64,000 nucleotides of DNA from a virus: positions 28,322 through 92,321 of IMG/VR virus record IMGVR_UViG_3300037722_000409. One strand, written 5' to 3'. Within the stretch, counting starts at the first letter, position 1. Each line of letters opens with the position of its first letter. A program made the position numbers and the translations under genes. Below are positions 29,858-39,988 of this stretch, piece after piece. Below the pieces are notes generated by a model. That model saw nothing but the letters and a program-made list of their open reading frames with translations. It was not told the DNA's origin and ran no database searches.

Positions 29858-32800
29858 GGATAATCCGCAAGCTCGCACCACCACGGCCTGGGCTCGTCCC
29901 TCAATCTGGGGATTGGACACACCCCGACAGGTGGGTCAGGCCAGAAGACGCCGCGCCAGCTGCTCCACCCAAGCCTGCTAAGCTTGGAGAGGTTCAGACC
30001 GGTGTGGCCTTTGTCGCGCCGGTATTTCACGGGTCGAACGCCCTGTTCACCACGCCACGCGTGGGCAGCTCTGAGACTGGCTTTGGGTTCTTCATGGTGG
30101 ATGACTGGACCGTGAGCGAGCAGTACGGGCAGCACATGTACGCGGCTGACGTGACCTTGCGCAACCCCCTGGTGATAGACGCTGAGTCCATGGCGTGGAC
30201 CGACCTCCCGATGGAGAGTATCCTTAAGGAGGCACGCGCTGACGGCCATGACGGCGTCGTGTTCAAAGACATCTCAGACCAGAAGACCAGCCATGTCGGC
30301 ACCGCCAACACGGTGGTGGCGTTTGACGCAGCAAGTGTGCGCCTGGTCTCACGCATCGATCGTGACACGCTGAAGGAGACGACTCTAAGTAAATCCGAGG
30401 TTACCGGCGACACCCTGATCCTGCCCGAGAAAGCTACACCGGACGACTCTCTCGGTCGCGGCGTGTCTACACAGCCCGAGCCACCAGAGGCTCCTCAACC
30501 CCCTCAGTCTCAAGCTCCACAGAAGCCTCAAGCCCCGCAGGCTCCTAGGGTGGTATCTAAGCTTCAACCGCCAAGGCCAGGCCTGGTCCCGCAGAGTGGA
30601 GATTGGAACGCGCCTGACCACTGGGTACGGCCAGAGGACGCAGCCAAGCCTGGTGTTAGCGTCCATGAGAGTATAACCACTCTTACGGCTACGCAGTCTA
30701 CCGTGACGCTAGCAGACGGCGCCACCTTTACGTTGCCTAATACTAACATCAAGGACGCGTTGGAAGCGCGAGAGTTTTACCAAAACCTCAAGCCAGGTGA
30801 TAAGGTTACCTACGACGGTGAGGCACGCGTCATATCAGCCGTTAAAGAGCTCCCGTACGGCGCGGCCGCAAAGTGGTATCAAGGACCTTCGTTCGAGTTT
30901 ACCGACGGCGACGACGTGTCTGGGCTTCACCTGCACGGTGACAATAAAGCACGTCGAGAGGCCATGGCCATAAGCTACACGTTGTCGAACGCGGCTAAGC
31001 TGTCCCGTCGCAACCTGGGTAAGGTAGCACCTTTACCCACACTTGCCACGTACGCTGAGAGCATCGGAATAGCAGCCGCCCAAGAGTGGGCCATGACCAA
31101 CGTCATAACCTCCGGGTACCTGTCAGGACAAGGGGTGTGGCGTGGGTATCACCAGTTCCTGGGGCATGACGAGAAGACCATCGACACCTTGGCGCAACTT
31201 CTAGACGATCATGGTCAAGGTGGGGCCACTCAGGACCGCGCGGACGCGACGATCCACCAACAGTATCAAGCCGACACCATGGTGGGCCAGGCGCTTCGTG
31301 ATCAAGCTGACCTCGACACTCACCTGTTGGAGATGTGGTCAGCCGCCGCCCCGATGCGGGCCAAAGCGTTTGCAGACCGTGTCAAAGTGGCCCCTGGCGA
31401 CAGTGACTACGCTAAGGTACGGGACCTGCTTGACCCTCAACTTTACCGTGCTGGTAAGGTCGAGAAGCCAGTAGAGTCGTGGACCACCCACGCGGAGGGC
31501 GCCTCTCCCACCGCGGTAACCGACCCCAGCAATCGTTGGGCTCCAGACAAGAGCATGCCTATGACATCTATACGTGCTCAAGGCTTCAAGGCGTTGGCGG
31601 GTGTAACTCACCTTACCGGGGCGCCTGGAGAGGGTGAGGTCCTGCTCATACGAGAGTCCGGATATAAAGGCCTAGACAAGGCCAACCCGCCCCGTCCTGG
31701 ACTTGTTCCTCAGTCCGGAGACTGGGAGCACCCAGTACGATGGATACGTCCTGGGCCGCTAGAGGGCGCCTCAGAAAAGATTACGCCAGCCGCAGTGCGC
31801 TCAGACCCTAAAGAGATGAGTATACGCTCGTATCATGGTACTAGCAGTGCTGCAATAGCCTCAATCAAGAAGCATGGTCTGATAGTAGGGCAGGAGGGCG
31901 GCGGAGATGAATGGATACGGAGTAATCCTGAGGAGTTTGAAGAGGATATTGACCGGCCAAAGTCAGTTTACACAGCTTACAGCGTTCAAGACGCCGTGCA
32001 ATATTCTAAATACGCGGCAAAAGTGTCTGGGGGCACACCGGTAGTACTGCGAATAGAGATTCCCCTTTCCGTGTTTAACAAGTACGCCATAGATGATGAG
32101 ACCGCCGCAGGCGCGGTGAGATTTGAGCGCACCATTCCCCCAGAATGGATAACCATATTAGATGATAAAATTAAAAAAGAACAAGTAGACACCAAGGTCG
32201 TATACGCAGTTGTGATGGCTGACAATAACCTACGCAAGTCTAGCGGTCAACCTCCTCGACCAGGGTTGATCCCGCAGTCGGGTGACTGGGAGAACCCAGA
32301 CCGTTGGATCCGACCAGAGGAGGTCACGACGCCAGAGGCGCCCAAGACGCCGACTCTAGCTGGCCGTGAGTACATCAAGGTGTCCGGCAGTTACACCTGG
32401 GACCAACCATCGGCTGAAAAGGACCTGAAGGAGGCTGGGTACGTTCACGCGGGCAGCACGTTCACCGACGCTGACCCTCCTGGGTACCCCAGCATCCAGA
32501 TATACATGCACCCTCAGCTGGGGCGCCTAGAGGTGCACAGGGATAAGGAGGTCAAGAACCCAGAGGGTAAGGGCTGGAGTCAGCGCTTCTACATCGTGAA
32601 CCCCGCGCCAGACTACACGCCAGACACCCGGGACCCGCTGACGCTCACCTCTAGGGAGCGGCTGTCAATCCGTCAAAAGTTCAATCAGTACTTCGGGTCG
32701 TACGACTCCAAGGAGCGGTGGGAGAAGGCGGCTGACACCTTGGGCGTCTCGATCGACGAGGTCAAGGCCGAGGCGGTGGCCTACATGAAGCCCCTCATCG

Positions 32801-33453
32801 ACAAGGCTGACGTGTGGATGCGCATGCCACCTTCACGCCTAGCCAGCGTATTGAAGGACGGCCGGTTCAAGCCTCTAGCGGAGAGCGGACGCATGGGTCC
32901 CAAGAAGGGCATCACCATGAAGCCCTACATGGAAGCCAGGGACCAGATGGAGGAGCAGATCTTCGGCATCCCGCAGGGTAAGGCTCACCCTGAGCGCCCG
33001 ATATACGGCTACCTGAGCGACAGTGCGGACGGGCACGGCTCGGCCTTTGAGTCGGACGGAGTGCAAGCCCTAGACGTCTACGGAACCGCGGCCGTGAAGT
33101 TCAAGCCAAGCGTGAGGGAGCGGACCTCTTTCACGGTCGGAGACTCTCTGGACATGAACATGAACGCCATAGGTGGCCGGCTCATCCCCTCCATGCTCGA
33201 CGACGTGAAGGCCGAGTCGACAATGGGTGACTCGTTTGCGCGGGAGAGTAAGGACCCGTCGGTAATGTCAATACAGGCGCTAGCACGCTACAAGTACACC
33301 GAGGCTCAGGTGCACGGTGGCGCGAACGTCAACGAGATAGACGAGGTCGTGTTCCACAAGGACGAGCCCAGCGCCGCCCTAGCCAACGCTTTGCGTAAGG
33401 CAGGCATACGGTATAGAATAATAGCACGGGACAAGATAGGAAAAGGGGATTAA
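29854..33453 (+). CDS. polyvalent protein: four tagged ART-like domains (ART-PolyVal-like, R-S-E, Tpt1/KptA-like, DUF3626-like)
   Basis: VFHGS..GFGFF..NPLVID..GHDGVVF..VAFD; LYRAG..ESWT..EGE; YHGTS...SIKKHGL..IPPEWI; RPIYGYL..YG..FTVGDSL..YTEAQVHGG. Confidence 0.75.
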   Translation: MRIIRKLAPPRPGLVPQSGDWTHPDRWVRPEDAAPAAPPKPAKLGEVQTGVAFVAPVFHGSNALFTTPRVGSSETGFGFFMVDDWTVSEQYGQHMYAADVTLRNPLVIDAESMAWTDLPMESILKEARADGHDGVVFKDISDQKTSHVGTANTVVAFDAASVRLVSRIDRDTLKETTLSKSEVTGDTLILPEKATPDDSLGRGVSTQPEPPEAPQPPQSQAPQKPQAPQAPRVVSKLQPPRPGLVPQSGDWNAPDHWVRPEDAAKPGVSVHESITTLTATQSTVTLADGATFTLPNTNIKDALEAREFYQNLKPGDKVTYDGEARVISAVKELPYGAAAKWYQGPSFEFTDGDDVSGLHLHGDNKARREAMAISYTLSNAAKLSRRNLGKVAPLPTLATYAESIGIAAAQEWAMTNVITSGYLSGQGVWRGYHQFLGHDEKTIDTLAQLLDDHGQGGATQDRADATIHQQYQADTMVGQALRDQADLDTHLLEMWSAAAPMRAKAFADRVKVAPGDSDYAKVRDLLDPQLYRAGKVEKPVESWTTHAEGASPTAVTDPSNRWAPDKSMPMTSIRAQGFKALAGVTHLTGAPGEGEVLLIRESGYKGLDKANPPRPGLVPQSGDWEHPVRWIRPGPLEGASEKITPAAVRSDPKEMSIRSYHGTSSAAIASIKKHGLIVGQEGGGDEWIRSNPEEFEEDIDRPKSVYTAYSVQDAVQYSKYAAKVSGGTPVVLRIEIPLSVFNKYAIDDETAAGAVRFERTIPPEWITILDDKIKKEQVDTKVVYAVVMADNNLRKSSGQPPRPGLIPQSGDWENPDRWIRPEEVTTPEAPKTPTLAGREYIKVSGSYTWDQPSAEKDLKEAGYVHAGSTFTDADPPGYPSIQIYMHPQLGRLEVHRDKEVKNPEGKGWSQRFYIVNPAPDYTPDTRDPLTLTSRERLSIRQKFNQYFGSYDSKERWEKAADTLGVSIDEVKAEAVAYMKPLIDKADVWMRMPPSRLASVLKDGRFKPLAESGRMGPKKGITMKPYMEARDQMEEQIFGIPQGKAHPERPIYGYLSDSADGHGSAFESDGVQALDVYGTAAVKFKPSVRERTSFTVGDSLDMNMNAIGGRLIPSMLDDVKAESTMGDSFARESKDPSVMSIQALARYKYTEAQVHGGANVNEIDEVVFHKDEPSAALANALRKAGIRYRIIARDKIGKGD

Positions 33454-33459
33454 ACAACA

Positions 33460-36400
33460 ATGACCACTCTACTGGCCACGTCGACAGACGGGCTCCACAG
33501 GCTCATCGAGACCGAGGACGGACTAGGCTACATCGAGGACACCCAGTCTGGAGCTCGAACCGAGGAGAAGTCGGTGGTGTCGCTCTTGTCTGCCGCCATA
33601 GACTGGAGTGACGATGACGGCGACGTCGATAAGGCGGCTGTCAGTCCTGACTGGCACGCCATGCAGGAGACTGGTGTGTCGCAGACACCTATCGAGAAGG
33701 CTGGTCCTCCTCGCCCAGGCCTTGTACCTCAAAGCGGAGATCCTGAGCACCCGGTACGGTGGGTCAGACCAGAAGAGTACGACGATGAGCCTGAGGAAGA
33801 GCGACCTAAACCTAGAGCCCCGTACGCTGAAGCCGTCGTGATGTTTCACGGGACCACCACCGCCGCTGTAGCCTCTATTAAAGAAAAGGGTCTTGTTCCA
33901 GCAGGAGGCGCTGGCGCGGACGCGTGGGCCCATAAAGAGGGTATGGCACAGTGGCTTGGTATAACCACCACAAAACGCCCGCAGTCTTCCTTTGTCTCTG
34001 AGCGCGCGGAAGACGCCCTCACGTACGCGAGGTACGCCACCGAGGTAAGCGGGGGGCAAGCCATCCTCTTACAGATTGATATACCTGCCCAGCACTTTGA
34101 CACTCACGCTAAAGCCGACGAGCTAGCACGGGGTCGCGGTGCGTATAGGTTCGAAAAGGGCATTCCCCCTGAGTGGATAACCGTGTTGCCCACTGACTAC
34201 CTCACCAAGGCCGACGACAGCACGCGTCGTCTTTACGCTGTCGTGATGGCTAACAACAACACTATAGAGAAGGCCGCCCCACCACGTCCTGGCCTGGTTC
34301 CACAGTCAGGTGACTGGGAACACCCTGATCGTTGGGTGCGGCCCGAGGACGCGGCGCCTGGTGATGACATTGATAACCCAGAGACGTGGGAGCCGTACCA
34401 GCCGACAGCTAGAGTAACCGACCTATACCATGTTACCGCGGCGGATAACCTGGCCAGCATCAAGCAGCACGGGCTTATCTCAGCTGCTGACCCGTCTGGG
34501 ATAGCGACGTCGACCTTGTCAGAGCCGGTGCCCACTCAACGGGTGTTCTTCACCACCAGCCTCGAGCAGGCCAAGGTTCTGTTTGACCAGGGTCAAGAGC
34601 ACGGCGACATGGCTATAGTGCACCTGCAGTTGAACCAAAAAGAACTGGCCGCCACTGACCCACGAGTCGACCCTGGCGTCGAAGAAGCTGTAGCGGTTAA
34701 CCCTAACAAGAAGCTCGTGGCCAACGGCTTGATGCGTGTGTACGCCTCAAATCCAAAGAAGGTACCACGCGCGTGGCAGGAACGATTAGTTCTTACAAAA
34801 GCTGTGGTCACTACCCCCATGGGCAAGGACGGGGTCGAGTACGACAAGGTAAAGACCGGTGACAGCATCTGGATCACCATCACCAATCCCGAGTCTCCGC
34901 TGCACGGCCGGCACATCCTCATCACCAAGCGTCCAGACGGGCTCTTCGCCATTACCGGCGGCATGGGCGGTGACACCGAGGCACGCCGGCACATGGTGAT
35001 AGGTGGGACGCCTAAGCGCTCAAAGCGTGACGAGGCGCTAGAGGAGGAGATCGAGAACGTAAAGGAGTACAACGAGCCGCTTGAGGCGGCTGCTAGACAG
35101 CTTCGTCAAGAGTCAAAGAAGGAGCTGACCGAGGCCAGTGACCAGATGCTGGAGGCCTTGGGCCTTGACCGGGTCGACAAAGATGAGATGCTCAAGCGTA
35201 AGGACGACGTTCAGAACTACGTGGCTGACCAGCTTGGTGAGGAGGCAAGCAGCGATGAAGCTAAGAGAATCACTGACACGATTATGCGCTCCGTTGCGTC
35301 ATCTGAGCGCAAGGTTAGAGAGCGAGTCCAACGAGAGCGACAAGTCGCGGTCCTCAAGGTTGGCAAGCGCCTCGCCGCGCTTCGTGAGTCCGGAGCGGGT
35401 GACAGCGAGGTCGCGGCTGTCGCGGGTGATGGCCTTGAATCGCTTATACCCGATCGCGACCCCTTTAGCGTGTCACTGCCGCCAGTCGACGCACTCAAAG
35501 ACCTGTCAAAGGAAGAGCTTGCTTCTGCCGTCGCGAATCATTTTGACGCAGCAGCAAATCAATATTTTGAGGCTGAACGGGCTGAGCATCCAGACCAAGG
35601 CGATACCCCCACTTTCGACCTTGGAGCGTCTGTCAAGCCCCTAGAGCTAAAGGACCACGCTCAGCTTACCGAGGCGATCGACAGCGTGCGTGGCTACTGG
35701 CAGAAGCGTGCTGAGGCGGAAGAGACCAGCAAGGCGCTCAAGAAAGTTCCTCTAGCGGCTGCTGTTCCCAGCACCCTGGCCAGCATCAGGGACCTCGCGG
35801 CACAGTCGGTCGGGACCATGTCTGACGCTGAGGTAGAACAGAGGGCCACCGCCAACTATGAGGGCTGGCTGCGCACCAACACCGCCTTGGCGTTCTACGA
35901 CGCTGTGGGAGAGTACTGGAACGACGACCGCTCCTTGAGCGACCGCCTGCACGATAAGGATAGAGCAGACACCGTGATGCAGTACCACGTCAACTCTGGT
36001 GCGGCCACAGCGCTGGCGGCTTTGTCACAGAAGTACGCGGGAAGTAAGCTTGACACCCTGCGCTTGATCGAGTCTGGAAACGTAGAGCTTGCCGCCTCCA
36101 TGGCTGCCCTCGAGGCTCGGCAGTCTGCCGGCTCACCCGAGGCGTTCAACACCATCATCCAGCAGGTGAAGGACTTCAACGCTACCAATCAGGCACAGAC
36201 CGAGAAGGTAGCTCTCGACCGTCACGCCACCCTAGACAAGCAGCTCCAGGAGATCAAGCGTCAGCAGCAGTCAGGTGAGCTCTTAGACAGGATACGCGGC
36301 TCAGCCTTGGAGCTCTCCAACCTGGTGGAGCAGCGCAAGAACCTGGGGACCGCCCTCGGCAGCTTGCAGGCCAGCGCCACGTTCTTCGACCGACTTGAGC

Positions 36401-38208
36401 ACTTCGGTAAGGCCAAGGACGACGTGGTGGACATCAATGTGGGTGCAAACCTACAGGATGCCGAGGCCATGATCAACCGTCTCGGGTTGACCAAGAACTA
36501 CGTGGTGGACACCAGCGACCCGGACAACCTGCGCGTGCGTGTAGGCCTGAGCGGCCTAGGACGACACGTGAGCCGAGAGAAGGACGCGGCCGCCAAGAAC
36601 GACCGCTTCAACGCCATCAAGACCAACATGGAGGGCGTAGGTGAGGACGAGCAGGGCAACATGGTGGTGGACAATTACGACGTACCAGGGTGGAACCGCA
36701 CCTTTACCGACGCTGAGGGAACCGAGCGCGAGTACAAGTGGAGGGTGGAGCAGCGCAACGACATCGAGTGGCTACGAGCCGCCACCGAGAAGACCGAGGA
36801 CAACCCCACCGGAAAAGGCGGGGGTCTTATAACGCGGGTGGTTGGCGCAGGCAAGACCAACACCACGCTTGGGTTCTACGCACACCAGCTGGCGGCTAAC
36901 CCAGACTACAAGGGGATCGTCGCCGTGCCTAAGGGACGCGCTGAGCAGTGGGTCGACGAGGCCAAGAAGTTCAGTGGTCTAAACGTGCAGCTTATCCCAG
37001 AGGGAGCTAGCAAGGCAGACGTCGACGAGGCGCTCATGTCAGCCAAGCCTGGGACCATCGTGGTCACCGGTCACCGTGAGGCGGCCCGCGCTCACGACAC
37101 CATAAACGCCCTGCAGACCAACGAGGACCAGTCCTTGCGCTACCACGGCCTCACCATCGACGAGCCGCAAGAGCTGCAGTCACGGGGCCAGAGTGGAAAC
37201 GTGGGGGCCCTGGGACGACGCCTGATGAAGATCGACTTTGACCACCGCCTCGGGCTGACCGCCACCCCAGCTCGAAAGCTGCCCACCGAGGCCTACGACC
37301 TGATCAAGTGGTCAAGCGGAGCAAAGGACCTCGGAAGCAAGGCGAGCTTTAAGCGTTCTTTCGGGGGCTTTGGCAGCGGGACCAACGCCCAGGATGCCGC
37401 TGTAGCCGAGGCCTACTTTAAGACCATCTCTCCCTACATCAGCGGAGACCGCATGACCGACCCCACCTTTAAGACCTCTCACGAGATGGTTGACGTTAAG
37501 CGCTCACCGTCTCAGGTGGCTGAGCAGAAGCGCATCGAGGCTCAGTCGGTCAGCTACGTAGACCAACGCCGGTCAGCACTGCTGAGCGAGGCGGCGCAGA
37601 ACCCGAACCACGCCCTCAACCGTGGCCCTGAGGCGACACGCGCCAGGCGTGCCAAAGACCAAGCCCGCAAGGAGGTCGCCGCCATGCACGAGTCAAACTT
37701 AGCTGGTGGGGACTGGCGCAACAACTCCAAGCTAGCCGCGGCCAGCCAGCGGATACGACCTGGTGACGACAAGAAGCACGTGGTCTACATCGACAGCAAG
37801 AGCCAGCGGCAAGCCGTGATGAGCATGCTGGTAGACAGCGGCTATCCTGCCGCCGAGGTCAAGAACATCGCGGCCACCACGACCAGCATGACAGGGCGTG
37901 AGATGGCAGCTAGGGTAAGAGCTTTCCGCGAGAACCCGAAGGTGAACGTGATCATGATCGACCGGACGTCCGCGAGTGGTTACAACCTTCAGAGCGGAGA
38001 CGACCTGCACGTACTAGGGACCCCGGTCGACGCTGCCAACTACCTACAGGCGCAAGGACGCATCGCGCGCATGCCACGGACTGGTGACGTCAACATCCGC
38101 ACCTACCGCTACGACGACGCTCCTGAGGAAGCTGCGGCATGGAACGATCTCGATAGCCAGCTAAAGGTGCTACGTGCGTCTAGCCCAGGCCTATTTAGTA
38201 ACCTATAG
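33460..38208 (+). CDS. polyvalent protein: two tagged Tpt1/KptA-like ART domains plus C-terminal SF2 (SNF2-like) helicase
   Basis: FHGTT..SIKEKGL..IPPEWI; YHVT..SIKQHGL..VFFT; helicase motifs GAGKT, DEPQ, TATP, GYNLQ, QAQGRIAR. Confidence 0.8.
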   Translation: MTTLLATSTDGLHRLIETEDGLGYIEDTQSGARTEEKSVVSLLSAAIDWSDDDGDVDKAAVSPDWHAMQETGVSQTPIEKAGPPRPGLVPQSGDPEHPVRWVRPEEYDDEPEEERPKPRAPYAEAVVMFHGTTTAAVASIKEKGLVPAGGAGADAWAHKEGMAQWLGITTTKRPQSSFVSERAEDALTYARYATEVSGGQAILLQIDIPAQHFDTHAKADELARGRGAYRFEKGIPPEWITVLPTDYLTKADDSTRRLYAVVMANNNTIEKAAPPRPGLVPQSGDWEHPDRWVRPEDAAPGDDIDNPETWEPYQPTARVTDLYHVTAADNLASIKQHGLISAADPSGIATSTLSEPVPTQRVFFTTSLEQAKVLFDQGQEHGDMAIVHLQLNQKELAATDPRVDPGVEEAVAVNPNKKLVANGLMRVYASNPKKVPRAWQERLVLTKAVVTTPMGKDGVEYDKVKTGDSIWITITNPESPLHGRHILITKRPDGLFAITGGMGGDTEARRHMVIGGTPKRSKRDEALEEEIENVKEYNEPLEAAARQLRQESKKELTEASDQMLEALGLDRVDKDEMLKRKDDVQNYVADQLGEEASSDEAKRITDTIMRSVASSERKVRERVQRERQVAVLKVGKRLAALRESGAGDSEVAAVAGDGLESLIPDRDPFSVSLPPVDALKDLSKEELASAVANHFDAAANQYFEAERAEHPDQGDTPTFDLGASVKPLELKDHAQLTEAIDSVRGYWQKRAEAEETSKALKKVPLAAAVPSTLASIRDLAAQSVGTMSDAEVEQRATANYEGWLRTNTALAFYDAVGEYWNDDRSLSDRLHDKDRADTVMQYHVNSGAATALAALSQKYAGSKLDTLRLIESGNVELAASMAALEARQSAGSPEAFNTIIQQVKDFNATNQAQTEKVALDRHATLDKQLQEIKRQQQSGELLDRIRGSALELSNLVEQRKNLGTALGSLQASATFFDRLEHFGKAKDDVVDINVGANLQDAEAMINRLGLTKNYVVDTSDPDNLRVRVGLSGLGRHVSREKDAAAKNDRFNAIKTNMEGVGEDEQGNMVVDNYDVPGWNRTFTDAEGTEREYKWRVEQRNDIEWLRAATEKTEDNPTGKGGGLITRVVGAGKTNTTLGFYAHQLAANPDYKGIVAVPKGRAEQWVDEAKKFSGLNVQLIPEGASKADVDEALMSAKPGTIVVTGHREAARAHDTINALQTNEDQSLRYHGLTIDEPQELQSRGQSGNVGALGRRLMKIDFDHRLGLTATPARKLPTEAYDLIKWSSGAKDLGSKASFKRSFGGFGSGTNAQDAAVAEAYFKTISPYISGDRMTDPTFKTSHEMVDVKRSPSQVAEQKRIEAQSVSYVDQRRSALLSEAAQNPNHALNRGPEATRARRAKDQARKEVAAMHESNLAGGDWRNNSKLAAASQRIRPGDDKKHVVYIDSKSQRQAVMSMLVDSGYPAAEVKNIAATTTSMTGREMAARVRAFRENPKVNVIMIDRTSASGYNLQSGDDLHVLGTPVDAANYLQAQGRIARMPRTGDVNIRTYRYDDAPEEAAAWNDLDSQLKVLRASSPGLFSNL

Positions 38209-38325
38209 ACTATAGCTCTCTCCCTTGCTCAACATAGTTATACTATACTCAGTAGAGACGTTGTGCCACGTCGATAGTTATCACGCGTAATCGCCTGTGA
38301 GGTGCGCCCATGACCGCTCAAGGAG

Positions 38326-38718
38326 ATGCCCGGTAAGCTCACCACTGGGCTCAATGTAGGATGCTCCATCTTCAGTCCCAGCCCGACACACTGCTGGGTC
38401 TGTCGTAAGCCGCTGCCACCACGCCGGCGTAAGTACTGCTCTGACGCCTGCGGGCAGGTGATGTATTACAACCACGCGTGGACCAACGCCCGCGCCGAGG
38501 CGGTACGGCGAGCCAAGGGGCGGTGCCGCAAGTGTGGAAGCAGCACTAAGCTAGAGGTCAATCACGTCATCCCGCGCATCGGTAAGGGGTACGGCCCTGG
38601 CTGCCACCACCATCAGGCCAACCTCGAGACCCTCTGCCACAACTGCCACGTAAAGGTCACCAACCAGCAGCGCTACGCGCGAGCTGAGAAGCGCGCCAAG
38701 AGCATCCCACGAGTATAA
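38326..38718 (+). CDS. HNH endonuclease
   Basis: CRKC..LEVNH...NLETLCHNCH. Confidence 0.8.
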   Translation: MPGKLTTGLNVGCSIFSPSPTHCWVCRKPLPPRRRKYCSDACGQVMYYNHAWTNARAEAVRRAKGRCRKCGSSTKLEVNHVIPRIGKGYGPGCHHHQANLETLCHNCHVKVTNQQRYARAEKRAKSIPRV

Positions 38719-38724
38719 TAATAT

Positions 38725-38904
38725 ATGGAACCGCGCTACACCTGTCTAACCTGTAAATTGACGGTTTACTGCCGCAAGGCCAACGGCGTGCCAAGATACC
38801 CGGAGGCCACGCTCCGAGTGTTCAAGAAGCGGCACAGTACCGATTGTCCTGGACTCCCAGAGTACCGGGCCGGTATTATATTCTCTAAGGTGGTCGGTCA
38901 ATGA
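38725..38904 (+). CDS. small leaderless Cys-containing protein (not in ORF track)
   Basis: TATAAT 5 nt before the ATG. MEPRYTCLTC... Its stop overlaps the next ATG. Confidence 0.5.
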   Translation: MEPRYTCLTCKLTVYCRKANGVPRYPEATLRVFKKRHSTDCPGLPEYRAGIIFSKVVGQ

Positions 38905-39275
38905 AAGATGCTAACCTGGTGTTATCCTCAGCTCCCGAGTTTCAAAGGGTTGAAGCAATGGTGTTCAGGGACGCCGTGAACCACGTCAAGCTAGTTAGCC
39001 CACGCGTAGCCGCCAACCTGTCGTACAGGACTCTCTGGACGTACCGTCATGGGAGATGCTTCCTGTCCCAAGATCGAAATACCGGAGTGGCAATCACCGA
39101 GTTCCGCGAGTTGATATCTCTCTTTAACATCGGGAGCCCGGGGCGGGGGAAACTGGCGGTCGAGTTCGCCATTGACAGTGGTGCCACAAGCCTCGAGTGC
39201 TCCCCGCAATTGATAGAGTACTACGGCTCTTTTGGGTTCCGGGTTGAATCTGTAACTATGACACTGAGCGGGTAA
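38901..39275 (+). CDS. GNAT-fold acetyltransferase-like protein
   Basis: PGRGKLAV...LEC...LIEYYGSFGF. Confidence 0.55.
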   Translation: MKDANLVLSSAPEFQRVEAMVFRDAVNHVKLVSPRVAANLSYRTLWTYRHGRCFLSQDRNTGVAITEFRELISLFNIGSPGRGKLAVEFAIDSGATSLECSPQLIEYYGSFGFRVESVTMTLSG

Positions 39276-39712
39276 TGAAGAAGATAAAAATCAACGTCAA
39301 CAAGAACGAGATCCAGCACAACATATTCCACCCCGAGGACCAGCACAAGCCCATACGGGTCCAGTACGGCAGCGGGACCGTGCGCTACTCCAGCCGTGTG
39401 ACGCTCACGGGCCCCAGCGAGGTCGTGTACGAGCCGGATCACCCCTTGAAGTGCGGCGCCCGGGTATGGGTAGAGACGGAGTCCCCCGTGATCCTGGACG
39501 ACGGCAAGGTCGTCGGGGGCACCAACGTGAGCCAGTTCACGTGCACCACCTACACCAAGGGTGGTACATTTTTGCACGTCCACCGAGAGCACATGTCATT
39601 CGACGACATGCAGCGCCTGGTGAGCCTGGGGTGGACCGTGTACGTACGCTCTGGGTGCCTCATGCCCGAAGCGCCAGCGTACCTGGAACACTTCACCTCG
39701 CGGGTCAAGTAA
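39275..39712 (+). CDS. hypothetical phage protein
   Basis: Coupled ORF. PLKCGARVWVET motif resembles ones seen in phage proteins. Confidence 0.55.
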   Translation: MKKIKINVNKNEIQHNIFHPEDQHKPIRVQYGSGTVRYSSRVTLTGPSEVVYEPDHPLKCGARVWVETESPVILDDGKVVGGTNVSQFTCTTYTKGGTFLHVHREHMSFDDMQRLVSLGWTVYVRSGCLMPEAPAYLEHFTSRVK

Positions 39713-39943
39713 GTTGCTGCTCTACACTGGCTGGCTCATGCTGCCCAACGACGAGGAGGGCGCCGAGATAATGGTCAAGCTTGGCAACTCCCTCTGGGTC
39801 AATGGGTACCGGGATGACGACGGCCCGTTCGTAGAGTTCGACGTGGAGGTAGTGGGGAACGACCTTTGGCTGCTCGAGCCGCACTGGGGCGTGGCGCTCT
39901 GGGGACTCAGGCCCACCGGCTTCGACGACTTCAGCGAGTAAAC

Positions 39944-39988
39944 TGTTACCTTCCTGTTATATACGTTAGCACGCTCAGGGTATATGAT
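39944..39988 (+). promoter_or_regulatory. promoter with TGTTAC-N5-TGTTAT direct repeat (copy 3)
   Basis: TATACG-17-TATGAT. Confidence 0.7.
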
